A stretch of 64,000 bases of DNA from an uncultured Desulfurococcaceae archaeon (GTDB taxonomy: Archaea > Thermoproteota > Thermoprotei_A > Sulfolobales > NBVN01). Position numbers and translations under genes: made by a program. The stretch spans positions 16,041-80,040 of the forward strand of contig CAZQFL010000004.1 in NCBI GenBank assembly GCA_964592745.1, in the 5' to 3' direction. Below the pieces are notes generated by a model. It searched no databases. It was not told the origin of the DNA and worked only from the letters and a program-made list of their open reading frames with translations. Of this stretch, positions 10,134 through 18,860 are shown in pieces. How positions within the stretch are numbered: position 1 is the first letter of the stretch; each line of letters begins with the position of its first letter.

Positions 10134-10970
10134 ATGGTTATAAAGATAAATTATGCCAAGGTCTACGCATTAGCGAGCATTTTAAAGAGTATTGGCTTGA
10201 GTAAAATTCTTGATATTGAATTAATAGATCCACAATTCATATCTATAAAGTCATTAGTGAAGGAGTGTAAATTAAAGACACCATTACTATCATATTTAAA
10301 CGCCTTAATTAGCTATAAATTAAGCTGTAAGGGTGAACTATACTGGCTTGAGTTTAGTGAATTCTTCAAAAATGACGTATTATGCAATGAGTATGAACAA
10401 GATCCTACAGTTAATGTAAAAGATCAAGTACTTAGATCATTTAATGAATTCTTAAGAATGAGTAAGTGTAATAGGATAGGTGTTCAAGCTAAACTAAGGA
10501 GGTTAATTAAAGTCTTAGGCATGTTAGAGTCATTATATAGTACTATATTACATAAAGACTTTTTAAAATTATGGAGATTAACTTATGGACTGCTCAAGGC
10601 AAAACCTGAAAGTAAGACTGTGGTCTTTTCTATAAAAATGGCTTATTATGGTTTAAAGGCGCTTGGGCAATACCTAACTCCTCTACCCATGAATATACCC
10701 ATACCTGTTGATGCTAGAATTGCGAAGGTGACGTATTCCTCAAGATTATTAATAGGGCCTACAAGCTGGAGAGAGTTATATGTAAATATAAGAGCTGTGG
10801 TTGATGTCTGGAATAAGATAGCTCGTCTAAGCTTAGTACCACCGCTTCATATAGATTCATTAATATGGTTATTACTTAATAAGAGCTTAAGGAGTAAGTT
10901 CCGTGAAATACTTGGTGATACATTATTGAGTAAGCTCATAAGGGAGCTAGGTGTAGGTATGTTGGATTAA
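10134..10970 (+). CDS. archaeal 8-oxoguanine DNA glycosylase/lyase (AGOG family)
   Basis: 278 aa. LNALISYKL..KGE.YW, KTVVFSIKMAYYG, PIPVDARIA and PPLHIDSLIWL match the conserved blocks I recall from Pyrobaculum Pa-AGOG. Confidence 0.75.
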   Translation: MVIKINYAKVYALASILKSIGLSKILDIELIDPQFISIKSLVKECKLKTPLLSYLNALISYKLSCKGELYWLEFSEFFKNDVLCNEYEQDPTVNVKDQVLRSFNEFLRMSKCNRIGVQAKLRRLIKVLGMLESLYSTILHKDFLKLWRLTYGLLKAKPESKTVVFSIKMAYYGLKALGQYLTPLPMNIPIPVDARIAKVTYSSRLLIGPTSWRELYVNIRAVVDVWNKIARLSLVPPLHIDSLIWLLLNKSLRSKFREILGDTLLSKLIRELGVGMLD

Positions 10971-11028
10971 GTACCTTAACCTCTTGCATTATGGTTAATC
11001 TATTTTAGTCTTAGCTAAGGTAATTATC

Positions 11029-11706
11029 TTGGGGGTACGTGTGGTCACAATTAAATGGCATGGTCATGCATGCTTTGAGATAATATCATCTGACGGTTTC
11101 TCAATAGTTATTGACCCTCATGATGGAGGCAGTATAGGTCTTAAACCTCCTGAAGCTAAGGCTGACGTAGTCTTAATGACTCATGATCACTTTGATCATA
11201 ACGCCTGGCACGTGGTGCTCAAACCAGGAGGTGAGAGACACTTAATGAGGGAGGGAGAGTTCAGGGTAGGCGGTAAATACAAGGTCATAGGTGTTAAAGC
11301 TTACCACGATAAGTATAGAGGTAGAAGGAGAGGAAACATAATCATATATAAGGTTCATGTAGACAATATCTCCATAATTCATTTAGGTGATTTAGGTCAT
11401 ATACTTGACCCAGAGACTGCTTCTAAGTTAAGACCCGTACATGTGTTAATGGTCCCAGTAGGGGGAACATTTACTATAGACGCTAAGGAGGCTTACGAGG
11501 TTGTTAAAGAATTAGAACCTAAGGCAGTAGTACCAATGCATTATTGGATAAGAGGTGTGAACTTGCCATTAGCACCTGTTGATAACTTCTTATCTATTGT
11601 TGATTTAGAGGTTGTAAGATTAAATAGTAATGTGTGGCAGGTAAGTAAGGACGACCTAGATCTTTGGGAATCAACAAAAGTCGTAGTTTTTAAGGAGCCT
11701 ATGTAA
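11029..11706 (+). CDS. MBL-fold metallo-hydrolase
   Basis: 225 aa. WHGHACF, the THDHFDH zinc motif, and a later VPMHY. Confidence 0.75.
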   Translation: MGVRVVTIKWHGHACFEIISSDGFSIVIDPHDGGSIGLKPPEAKADVVLMTHDHFDHNAWHVVLKPGGERHLMREGEFRVGGKYKVIGVKAYHDKYRGRRRGNIIIYKVHVDNISIIHLGDLGHILDPETASKLRPVHVLMVPVGGTFTIDAKEAYEVVKELEPKAVVPMHYWIRGVNLPLAPVDNFLSIVDLEVVRLNSNVWQVSKDDLDLWESTKVVVFKEPM

Positions 11707-11962
11707 GAATGATTCTCTTAACTCTTAACCTCCTACCCCTAGCTAATTCACTAATGCTTGATTTATTATTGATGAAACTTATTATTGCCTCTCTAATCAG
11801 TTCTGAACGTGGTATTCCTAACTTCATTGCAAGCATGTCTAATCTCTCAAGTAATTCCTCATCTATTTTAAATGTGACAACTCTCACTCTTAGCACACCC
11901 TTGATTTTCTTCGGTGCGGAGGGAGTTAATACCTTCTCTCCTCCCTTTAGTTTAAAAGCCAT
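11699..11962 (-). CDS. ribbon-helix-helix (CopG/Arc family) DNA-binding protein
   Basis: 87 aa. VVTFKIDEELLERLDMLAMKLGIPRSELIREAI is a classic RHH strand-helix-helix. A paralog of the 58-aa ORF at 63798..63974. Confidence 0.6.
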   Translation of the reverse strand: MAFKLKGGEKVLTPSAPKKIKGVLRVRVVTFKIDEELLERLDMLAMKLGIPRSELIREAIISFINNKSSISELARGRRLRVKRIILT

Positions 11963-11997
11963 ATAGAGAAGTATTGAAGGAAGTGTACATATTGTAG

Positions 11998-12014
11998 CTA
12001 GTTTTAAATACTAG
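11998..12014. promoter_or_regulatory. palindrome CTAGT-TTTAAAT-ACTAG enclosing a TATA-like box in the divergent RHH/RHH intergenic region
   Basis: 5-bp inverted arms at 11998-12002 and 12010-12014 around TTTAAAT. The box centre is ~26 nt upstream of the TTG start at 12031, which fits a leaderless geometry. Confidence 0.3.
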
Positions 12015-12030
12015 GATCTAGGTATTTCTC

Positions 12031-12393
12031 TTGGAGGGAGCGGACATACCTACAGTACATATATCGTTGCCAGAGAGAGTGTATAGTGAGCTTAAGAGAA
12101 TAGCTAGTGATATGGGTATTCAGTTAACCGACCTTATAAAGATGTTTATTAAGATGGGACTTAACGGTAATATAGTTAGTCCTCAAGGTAATGGGCAGGT
12201 CACAACACCCTTAATATCTAAGTTAGAGAGAGATATAGCGTATCTTAAAGGTAGGATTTACGTTATAGACAATGTATTGAGGGACTTACAGTTAAGGATT
12301 GAGGAAATAGAGAGACGTCTTGAGGAGATTGAATCGCCAGACATACTCTTAAATATGAGGAAGTATGGTGAGGGAAGACTTAATAAGCCTTAA
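12031..12393 (+). CDS. RHH-like N-terminal domain protein with C-terminal coiled coil
   Basis: 120 aa. VHISLPERVYSELKRIASDMGIQLTDLIKMFIKMGL has an RHH-like pattern. The C-terminal LRDLQLRIEEIERRLEEIE is heptad-like. TTG start. Confidence 0.5.
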   Translation: MEGADIPTVHISLPERVYSELKRIASDMGIQLTDLIKMFIKMGLNGNIVSPQGNGQVTTPLISKLERDIAYLKGRIYVIDNVLRDLQLRIEEIERRLEEIESPDILLNMRKYGEGRLNKP

Positions 12394-12408
12394 ATTGAAT
12401 GAATTAAT

Positions 12409-12469
12409 GGCCCCGCCTAAAGCCCCGAGTCTCGGGGCGTAATGAGGCGGGGAGGGCCACCCCCGGCCC
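12409..12469. ncRNA. GC-rich nested-hairpin element (candidate structured sRNA or bidirectional terminator); strand unresolved
   Basis: A ~60-nt island of very high GC in an AT-rich convergent intergenic gap. Outer 7-bp helix 12411-12417/12446-12452, inner 7-bp helix 12422-12428/12432-12438, and 3' hairpin 12454-12458/12465-12469. Confidence 0.35.
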
Positions 12470-12584
12470 TTCTACTCTTATTTAAACCTGATATGGAGGC
12501 TCTGTAAAAGGAGTCTCTATAAGCTATTAGAAGGGGGAGATGAGAGAGCGCTTTACTTTAGTATTCCATTAAGTGTTTAATAAG

Positions 12585-13664
12585 TCATCTACTTACTTTA
12601 CTCTTGATATTTTCAATGAGTTCCCTTGACTTAGGATCTGAGAGTAGTTTACTCCTTATGGGACTTACAATCCTTATTAAGTACTTAGCAACAGCATTCT
12701 TGAGATCTAGAGGATGGATTTTACCTTCAGCGTATAGTTTCTCCAACTCATTATAAGACCATACGGTAATTGTACCACCATACTTTTCAGGTCTTTCTAT
12801 TGTGAACTCCCTTTCCTCACCCCTAAATACTATGTACTTAGCTATAGCCAATACAGGATTATTCTCTATTGCTCTCGGAGGGCAATAAGCCCTTCTTATT
12901 TTATTAGTGATCTCCTCATCACTATCTATTATAAATATTGCTGATTTAGGTTTCGACTTACTCATCTTAACTTCAGCGTAGAATTCATCCTTTTCTAAAC
13001 TCTTAATATCCATTCTCCCTAAACCCTCAAGTGATGGTAGCAATGGTGTATGAATAGCAACAACCTTCTTTAAGTTAAGCTTCTCAGCAACATCTCTAGC
13101 GAGCATATGTGCTTTCCTTTGATCCATACCACCTAAAGCTATATCTAAGTCCATGTATAATATATCAGTTACTTGCATGAGTGGGTATATAAGTTTTGAG
13201 AAATCTGTCTCCGCTTCTTCAGCTTTCCTGCCCATTATTGTTAATGCTCTCCTTACTCTAGCTAGTGAAAGTACCTTGGCTATCCTCAATATAAGTTCCC
13301 AATACCTAGTGTCACTAACTAAATCCTCAGCATATACTAGCTCGTATTTACCCTCAAGACCTATTGAGTTAAGTACTTGAGCTACATGATTAGCTGCATA
13401 CCTGATAAGGTTTAAATCACCACCTAACTTATCATTAATCCATGCATGCCATGTAGCTGCTAATAACTTCATTTTAAATCCGACATCAACTAAGTCCTTA
13501 AACTTATATGCCCATATCAGCCACCCAACATGAAATATACCACTAGGTTCAAAGCCTAAATATCCCTTACCACCGCCTGTCTCGATTAATTGGCGTAATT
13601 CATCAATGGTAACTACCTCTTCAGTATTTCTTAAAACTACTCTTACCTTCTCCTCAACATCCAC
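12585..13664 (-). CDS. tyrS: tyrosine--tRNA ligase (archaeal type)
   Basis: 359 aa, collinear with M. jannaschii TyrRS as I recall it: GFEPSG.FHVGW (HIGH region), YPLMQVTD, GGMDQRKAHMLARD, KMSKS, RPEKYGG, HPLDLKNAVA. Confidence 0.9.
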   Translation of the reverse strand: MDVEEKVRVVLRNTEEVVTIDELRQLIETGGGKGYLGFEPSGIFHVGWLIWAYKFKDLVDVGFKMKLLAATWHAWINDKLGGDLNLIRYAANHVAQVLNSIGLEGKYELVYAEDLVSDTRYWELILRIAKVLSLARVRRALTIMGRKAEEAETDFSKLIYPLMQVTDILYMDLDIALGGMDQRKAHMLARDVAEKLNLKKVVAIHTPLLPSLEGLGRMDIKSLEKDEFYAEVKMSKSKPKSAIFIIDSDEEITNKIRRAYCPPRAIENNPVLAIAKYIVFRGEEREFTIERPEKYGGTITVWSYNELEKLYAEGKIHPLDLKNAVAKYLIRIVSPIRSKLLSDPKSRELIENIKSKVSR

Positions 13665-13721
13665 AACACTACACCTACTCTGATAAAATCATACTACCTT
13701 AAATACTATTATTGTTAGTCA

Positions 13722-14774
13722 TTATATGAACCATGAGGTTAAGCGACTTGATGTCTTCCAGGGTCCTTTAATATGTATTCTATAACCACAGAATGGGCAT
13801 TTACCGTCATTAGTTAATCTATAGCCTGTAACTCCATAGTGTGTTCTCTCTATCAATACTTTCCCGCATTTTGGACACCTGGTGTGTAAGTATTCATTAG
13901 ATGGTACATTACCTATGTAAACATACTTAATACCTTTCTTTCTTGCTTTACTATATACTTCTAATAACTTGCTAATACTTGTTGGAGGTTCGTGGTAGTT
14001 ATATGCTGGATAATATCTATTCACATGTAACGGTACGTCAGGGCCTAAGTACTTTAGATGGGACTCTATGACCTGTTCAACACAGTAATCCCAGTCATTA
14101 GCTTTCGTCACTATAAGGTATACAGCCTCAACATGTATACCCAATTTTAATGCTTCAGACATTACGTTTAGTATTTCAGTAGGATTAGGTATACCCATGA
14201 ACCTTCTATATGTCTCAGGGCAGCCTTTAATATCAGCGCTTATGGCGTCTAGACCAGCTTCCTTGAGTAATTTTAATGCCTCAATAGTAAAGGAGGCATT
14301 CGTAACCATGGTGTTATAAAGTCCTCTTCTTTTAGCCAAGGTGAACACGTCAAGCATATATTCAAGATGTATTGTCGGCTCATTGAAACTAGCGCAGACT
14401 CCCTCATCACCCCACCTTATAGCTAGTCTTATAATTGTTTCCGGAGGCATTACTTCACCATTACCTGGTGGGTGAACCTTACTTAAATGCCAATTTTGAC
14501 ACCAAGGACAGAGAAAGTTACAACCCCAGCCACTAAACGTTGTAGCGTAAGAACCTGGCCAAAAATGAAATAGAGGCTTTATCTCTATGGGTCTAGACTC
14601 AATAGCCGATACCTTACCGTAACCGATATTGTAGAGTATACCATTGGTATTAATGTAATTTCCACAAAATCCTTTCCTATCGGGTGGTATTAAACATCTT
14701 CTAATACATGTCCCGCATCTAATACTTAGATCTCCTAATTTTGACTGCTGTAGTACAGCTTTAACACCTTTCAT
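13722..14774 (-). CDS. AmmeMemoRadiSam-system-type radical SAM enzyme (PflA-like activase fold)
   Basis: 350 aa. CNFLCPWCQNW (CX3CX2C), an N-terminal Cys cluster (CGTCIRRC) and a C-terminal zinc ribbon (CPKCG...CPFCG). Confidence 0.75.
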   Translation of the reverse strand: MKGVKAVLQQSKLGDLSIRCGTCIRRCLIPPDRKGFCGNYINTNGILYNIGYGKVSAIESRPIEIKPLFHFWPGSYATTFSGWGCNFLCPWCQNWHLSKVHPPGNGEVMPPETIIRLAIRWGDEGVCASFNEPTIHLEYMLDVFTLAKRRGLYNTMVTNASFTIEALKLLKEAGLDAISADIKGCPETYRRFMGIPNPTEILNVMSEALKLGIHVEAVYLIVTKANDWDYCVEQVIESHLKYLGPDVPLHVNRYYPAYNYHEPPTSISKLLEVYSKARKKGIKYVYIGNVPSNEYLHTRCPKCGKVLIERTHYGVTGYRLTNDGKCPFCGYRIHIKGPWKTSSRLTSWFI

Positions 14775-14857
14775 AAATGCTACCGTGAAGAATAGCGCAA
14801 TAGTAACTAAATACTTAATTAAGTCATTAGTGTCTTAGTAAGTAGGTCTCCTTTCAT

Positions 14858-15250
14858 TCACTTTCGAAGTCTTTCGATAAATTCGCTCTTCTTAACAATA
14901 ACTCTTTCATGAATGCCGTAACCTATCTTCTTACCTCTCCATAATGCTTCAACCCAGAACGTAAGTCTCCTTCCGTCAATGCTTAGCAGTATTCCCCTAA
15001 CTTCTAGTTCATCATTTACAGGCGCTGCTGATACATGCCTCACATTCACTAACGTTCCTACGGATACGTAACCTTCAGGTAGTTTTTCATCTATTGTACA
15101 TCTACAAGCCTCCTCCATGAATTTAATCATTGAAGGAGTTGAAAGTACTTCCACATCACCCGTACCTACATGCTTTGCTGAATGTTCTGATGTTGTCTTA
15201 AATTTATATCTAAATTGTAAACCTTCATTAAGGCCTTTAACGACCTCCAT
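14858..15250 (-). CDS. hotdog-fold thioesterase family protein
   Basis: 130 aa. VGTGDVEVLSTPSMIKFMEEA...VGTLVNVRHVSAAPV resembles the FlK/YbgC-like small thioesterases. Confidence 0.55.
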   Translation of the reverse strand: MEVVKGLNEGLQFRYKFKTTSEHSAKHVGTGDVEVLSTPSMIKFMEEACRCTIDEKLPEGYVSVGTLVNVRHVSAAPVNDELEVRGILLSIDGRRLTFWVEALWRGKKIGYGIHERVIVKKSEFIERLRK

Positions 15251-15306
15251 ATAGTATCCCTTAACTTCAATGGTTACTCACTAAAAAGTTTCAAGCTTAA
15301 CAGATA

Positions 15307-16644
15307 CTACCTTAGAAGCTTAACTCCCTTAGAGGTTACTTCATAGACCTTTCTAACTCTCCCACCAATTCTTTCATAATTACTAATCTTAATTAATCCT
15401 AGCCTCTCTAGTTCTTCAATATGTTGATAAAGCACTCTTAAACTTATCTTTATTCCATAACTATCTCTCAAGACCTTCCATATTGCGTAAGGGTGTAATG
15501 GACCTTGAGAAACTAGTATTTCTAGGATCTTTAATTTAGTAAATCCTATTTTAAGGCCTTCTTCCTGCATTATGTGTTTATCAGTGAGTAATCTAAGAAT
15601 TGAGGCATCCCTAAGAGCTCCACCAGTTATTAAAGTTACTACTAATTTATTGCTAGGCAATTCATCATTAATACTTAACTTCACTAATCCTGCGATAGAT
15701 GAAACCCCTACGGGCTCTATGAGAAGTCCCTCATTATTTGCTAGGAGCTTTACAGCCTCTATGACGTCCTTATCGCAAACTTCAACAATGAAACCGTCAC
15801 TATCTTGGAGTATGTCTTTAATTACCCGCTCATAGAGAGGTTTTTCAACACATATGTCTTTTAGTAGAGGTGTTGATGAGCAGCCCTTAACACCTATTAT
15901 CATAGTCTTACCGCCCAAGTCCTTTAGAGCATACCATAGTGATGTCATTAGTGCACCATCACCTACAGGAACTATGAGTACGTCAGGGTGTTTTCCTAAT
16001 TCTGAATATACTTCGTAATATATCGTTCTATATCCATCAAGTAGGTAAGGATTTAGTGGAGTTACTTGTAGTGAGTCTTTAGTCTTTAGTACCTTCCTTA
16101 TAGCTTCTTCGTAACTTGATGTAAATTCCACCTTATCCGCTAGAACAAGTGCTTGGTAGGCTTTTGAGGGTGTAATGGAGTGTGGCATTATTACATAGCT
16201 TTTAATTTTTGCCTTCCTAGCGTAAGCTGAAATCGATATACCTAGATCACCTAATGAAGCAACAACTACTTTCTTAAATCCTAAGTTAAGAGCTACAGAC
16301 ATTAATGTTGCTGAGCCTCTATCAATAAATGTACCTAAGGGATTCCTTGACTCATCCTTAATTAAAACATTACTTAACCCTAAGTACTCGCCTAACCTCA
16401 CAGCCTTAATTAATGGTGTGAGCCCCTCACCTAATGTGACTTCACTCTTACCACTACTTACTAGGAGGTCCTTAAATACCCATATACCGCCATAACTAAC
16501 TCTCCTGTAAACATCCTCAAATTTGAGGTTCATAATACGTGGTATGAGTGGTGATCCACAATTATCGCAATTTAATTTAGGAGGAAACGGCGGATATTCA
16601 GTCCCGCATGATGGGCATTTTAATACCTTCCTCACGTTCCACAC
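15307..16644 (-). CDS. threonine-synthase-like fold-type II PLP domain lacking the catalytic lysine, fused to a C-terminal winged-helix DNA-binding domain
   Basis: 445 aa with an N-terminal CxxC...CxxC ribbon. KDESRNPLGTFIDRG aligns with KDESLNPTGTFKARG of thrC (Lys to Ile, ATT at 16324-16326). SSGNAG becomes SLGDLG and GGGTG becomes GDGAL. The C-terminal ~80 aa (LKILEIL...LYQHIEELERLGLI...GGRVRKVYEVTSKG) is PadR/ArsR-like wHTH. Confidence 0.8.
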   Translation of the reverse strand: MWNVRKVLKCPSCGTEYPPFPPKLNCDNCGSPLIPRIMNLKFEDVYRRVSYGGIWVFKDLLVSSGKSEVTLGEGLTPLIKAVRLGEYLGLSNVLIKDESRNPLGTFIDRGSATLMSVALNLGFKKVVVASLGDLGISISAYARKAKIKSYVIMPHSITPSKAYQALVLADKVEFTSSYEEAIRKVLKTKDSLQVTPLNPYLLDGYRTIYYEVYSELGKHPDVLIVPVGDGALMTSLWYALKDLGGKTMIIGVKGCSSTPLLKDICVEKPLYERVIKDILQDSDGFIVEVCDKDVIEAVKLLANNEGLLIEPVGVSSIAGLVKLSINDELPSNKLVVTLITGGALRDASILRLLTDKHIMQEEGLKIGFTKLKILEILVSQGPLHPYAIWKVLRDSYGIKISLRVLYQHIEELERLGLIKISNYERIGGRVRKVYEVTSKGVKLLR

Positions 16645-16706
16645 CTGTTAAAATTACTTAATTAAATGAAATAAAATAGAGGTTCAACATTATAAAGGGG
16701 GTTAAT

Positions 16707-17180
16707 ATGGAAGTAAGCATTCCAAGAATAGCTGTTGGTGCTGTCGTATTTGATAAACTAGGTAGATTATTACTAGTAAAACGTCGATACCCACCAGCGC
16801 CTGAGAGATGGTCAATACCGGGAGGACATGTGGAACTGGGTGAGGAGCTCAAGGAAGCCGTCATAAGAGAGTTGGAAGAGGAAACAGGATTGAAGGGGTA
16901 TAATCCTACGTTAATAGCTATAGCTGAGTACATATCGGAGGATATCGATGGTAAGATAGTCTATCACTACGTAATAATAGACTTCCTAGTAAGGAAATAT
17001 CAAGGTGAATTAAGACCTAATGAAGAAGTACTTGACATAGGCTTCTTTAATTTAAGGGAAGCTTTAAATCTAAAATTAACCGTAACTACAAGACTGCTAA
17101 TAAACGCATTGATAAATCAAGGAGTTAGCAATGGTATTATTCATATAGTCTTTAGAGAAATACCTAAGAAACGAACTTAA
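16707..17180 (+). CDS. NUDIX hydrolase
   Basis: 157 aa. Nudix box GGHVELGEELKEAVIRELEEETGL. Confidence 0.85.
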   Translation: MEVSIPRIAVGAVVFDKLGRLLLVKRRYPPAPERWSIPGGHVELGEELKEAVIRELEEETGLKGYNPTLIAIAEYISEDIDGKIVYHYVIIDFLVRKYQGELRPNEEVLDIGFFNLREALNLKLTVTTRLLINALINQGVSNGIIHIVFREIPKKRT

Positions 17181-18121
17181 GATACATCACTACTATGTAG
17201 TCCCTTAGCCGCGAATTGCTTAATGAGCCCCTCTATATATTCGTAATTATCCACTTCCTCAATTCTAGATTTAAACTCACTAGGTAAGCCTCTCAATGCT
17301 GCTGAAAGTGTTGAAGCAATTATTGCTCTACTACTCACATCACCACCTAAACTAATAGAACATAGTACACTATCTATGAGATCAGCCTCACTTCTACATA
17401 CACAGTAAAGTGCTGTAGTGAATGTTGGAATCGCTAAGTAATTGTTATTTAGTATTCTAACTACATCCATAGGTTTTTTATTAATTAATCCCTCTACAGA
17501 TTTAACTTTCAATTTAAGTAATCTATCTTCTATAAGTCGCGTATTAATTAAGTACTCTAAAATATCCCAGTGACTGAAATTATTAAGGGCTAGATGTAAT
17601 GATATTGCGTAAGCTTTCGATGAATCTATTACCTCAGGATGTATATGTGTTGCCATTGCTTGGCGTTCGGTATTAAGTATAATATCTTTGAGCTCACTGA
17701 AGAAGAGCGGTATTGGTACGGACCTGACGACGGCTTCATCATCAGGTATATTAAACTTTGTTAATACGTCAAGTACTGACTCATACCATGATTTTCCTGA
17801 CCTTATATACCTAATGACTGTAGATGTTACAATGCTGTATTTCCGGATGCTGTCGGTTATTCTTAACTCTGAGGAAAATCTATTAGCTAAGTATGAGCTA
17901 TCTATGAAGCCTTTACTTATTAACTCTCTCATTATGGATAATGCTGATTCTACTTTAGAACTATAGCAATACCTATTACTACATAATTTTAGGCCCTCAA
18001 GCAGGTCCCACTTAAACTCCTTAATCCAATTATCAGCTACAGGTACCTTTACGAAATTATAATTAAGTGTAAGTGAATCTAATAATATAAACGTCCATAA
18101 AACTTCACTTCTCTTATTCAT
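17177..18121 (-). CDS. divergent ADP-ribosylglycohydrolase-like protein (tentative)
   Basis: 314 aa, all-helical. The C-terminal SLGGDVSSRAIIASTLSAAL resembles the GGDTDT.AAI.G.L metal motif of the ARH/DraG family but is degenerate. The N-terminal motif is not clearly present. Confidence 0.35.
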   Translation of the reverse strand: MNKRSEVLWTFILLDSLTLNYNFVKVPVADNWIKEFKWDLLEGLKLCSNRYCYSSKVESALSIMRELISKGFIDSSYLANRFSSELRITDSIRKYSIVTSTVIRYIRSGKSWYESVLDVLTKFNIPDDEAVVRSVPIPLFFSELKDIILNTERQAMATHIHPEVIDSSKAYAISLHLALNNFSHWDILEYLINTRLIEDRLLKLKVKSVEGLINKKPMDVVRILNNNYLAIPTFTTALYCVCRSEADLIDSVLCSISLGGDVSSRAIIASTLSAALRGLPSEFKSRIEEVDNYEYIEGLIKQFAAKGLHSSDVS

Positions 18122-18125
18122 GATT

Positions 18126-18860
18126 TTATATTATTAGGTATGCCTTCTTAAGTCTCTCATCACTAAGCAGTTTCTTAGCATCTCCTTCAAGAACTATCCT
18201 ACCTAACTCCATAACGTAGCCTCTTTCAGCTATTTCTAAACTATTTTTAACATGTTGCTCAACAAGTAGTATTGTTACACCTCCTTCATCTCTTAACTTC
18301 TTAATTACATCAAATATCGTTAACACTATTTTCGGTGCTAAGCCTAAGCTAGGCTCATCGAGTAATAGTACTTGAGGTCTAGCCATAAGCGCTCTAGCAA
18401 TAGCTAACATCTGAGATTCGCCACCACTTAATGTACCAGCTAACTGATTTCGTCTCTCCTTCAAGCGTGGGAACAGTGTGAACACAAATTCAAGACTGTC
18501 CTCCAACTTCTCTCTAGCTCTCTTAGTTATTGCACCTGCTAGTAAGTTCTCATAAACAGTTAGTGAGTTGAATAATCTTCTACCTTCAGGCACCATAGTA
18601 ATTCCAAGTTCGACCCTTCTATATGTTGGTAATTTCTTTATTGAATTGCCATTGAATACTATATCGCCTGAGTATAGCGTTGTCATACCCATTATAGTTC
18701 TTAATGTAGTTGTTTTACCAGCACCATTAGGTCCCACTAGTGCTACTATCTCACCTTTCTCAACCCTCAAACTAACGTTACGTAGAACTCTGAATTCTCC
18801 ATAACCTGCTTCAACATTACGTAACTCTAGTAGAGCCATATGAACCACCTCCTTACACAA
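18126..18860 (-). CDS. livF: branched-chain amino acid ABC transporter ATP-binding protein (LivF-type)
   Basis: Walker [10 protein letters not shown], signature LSGGESQ, Walker B LLLDEPS, and the typical LivF C-terminus. The true start may be the internal Met (MALLEL). Confidence 0.85.
   Translation of the reverse strand: MCKEVVHMALLELRNVEAGYGEFRVLRNVSLRVEKGEIVALVGPNGAGKTTTLRTIMGMTTLYSGDIVFNGNSIKKLPTYRRVELGITMVPEGRRLFNSLTVYENLLAGAITKRAREKLEDSLEFVFTLFPRLKERRNQLAGTLSGGESQMLAIARALMARPQVLLLDEPSLGLAPKIVLTIFDVIKKLRDEGGVTILLVEQHVKNSLEIAERGYVMELGRIVLEGDAKKLLSDERLKKAYLII

Noticed and set aside
10004-10204. 66-aa ORF 10004..10204(+) overlapping the methyltransferase 5' end and the AGOG start
   Set aside because: It overlaps two well-supported genes and the translation has no recognisable features. 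The AGOG-frame ORF starting at 10134 explains the region.
12418-12445. K-turn / C-D box interpretation of the internal loop UAAA vs GUAAUGA in the GC-rich element
   Set aside because: The tandem sheared G-A pairs need GA on both strands next to the helix. The 5' strand has AA/AG instead, and no CUGA box is present.
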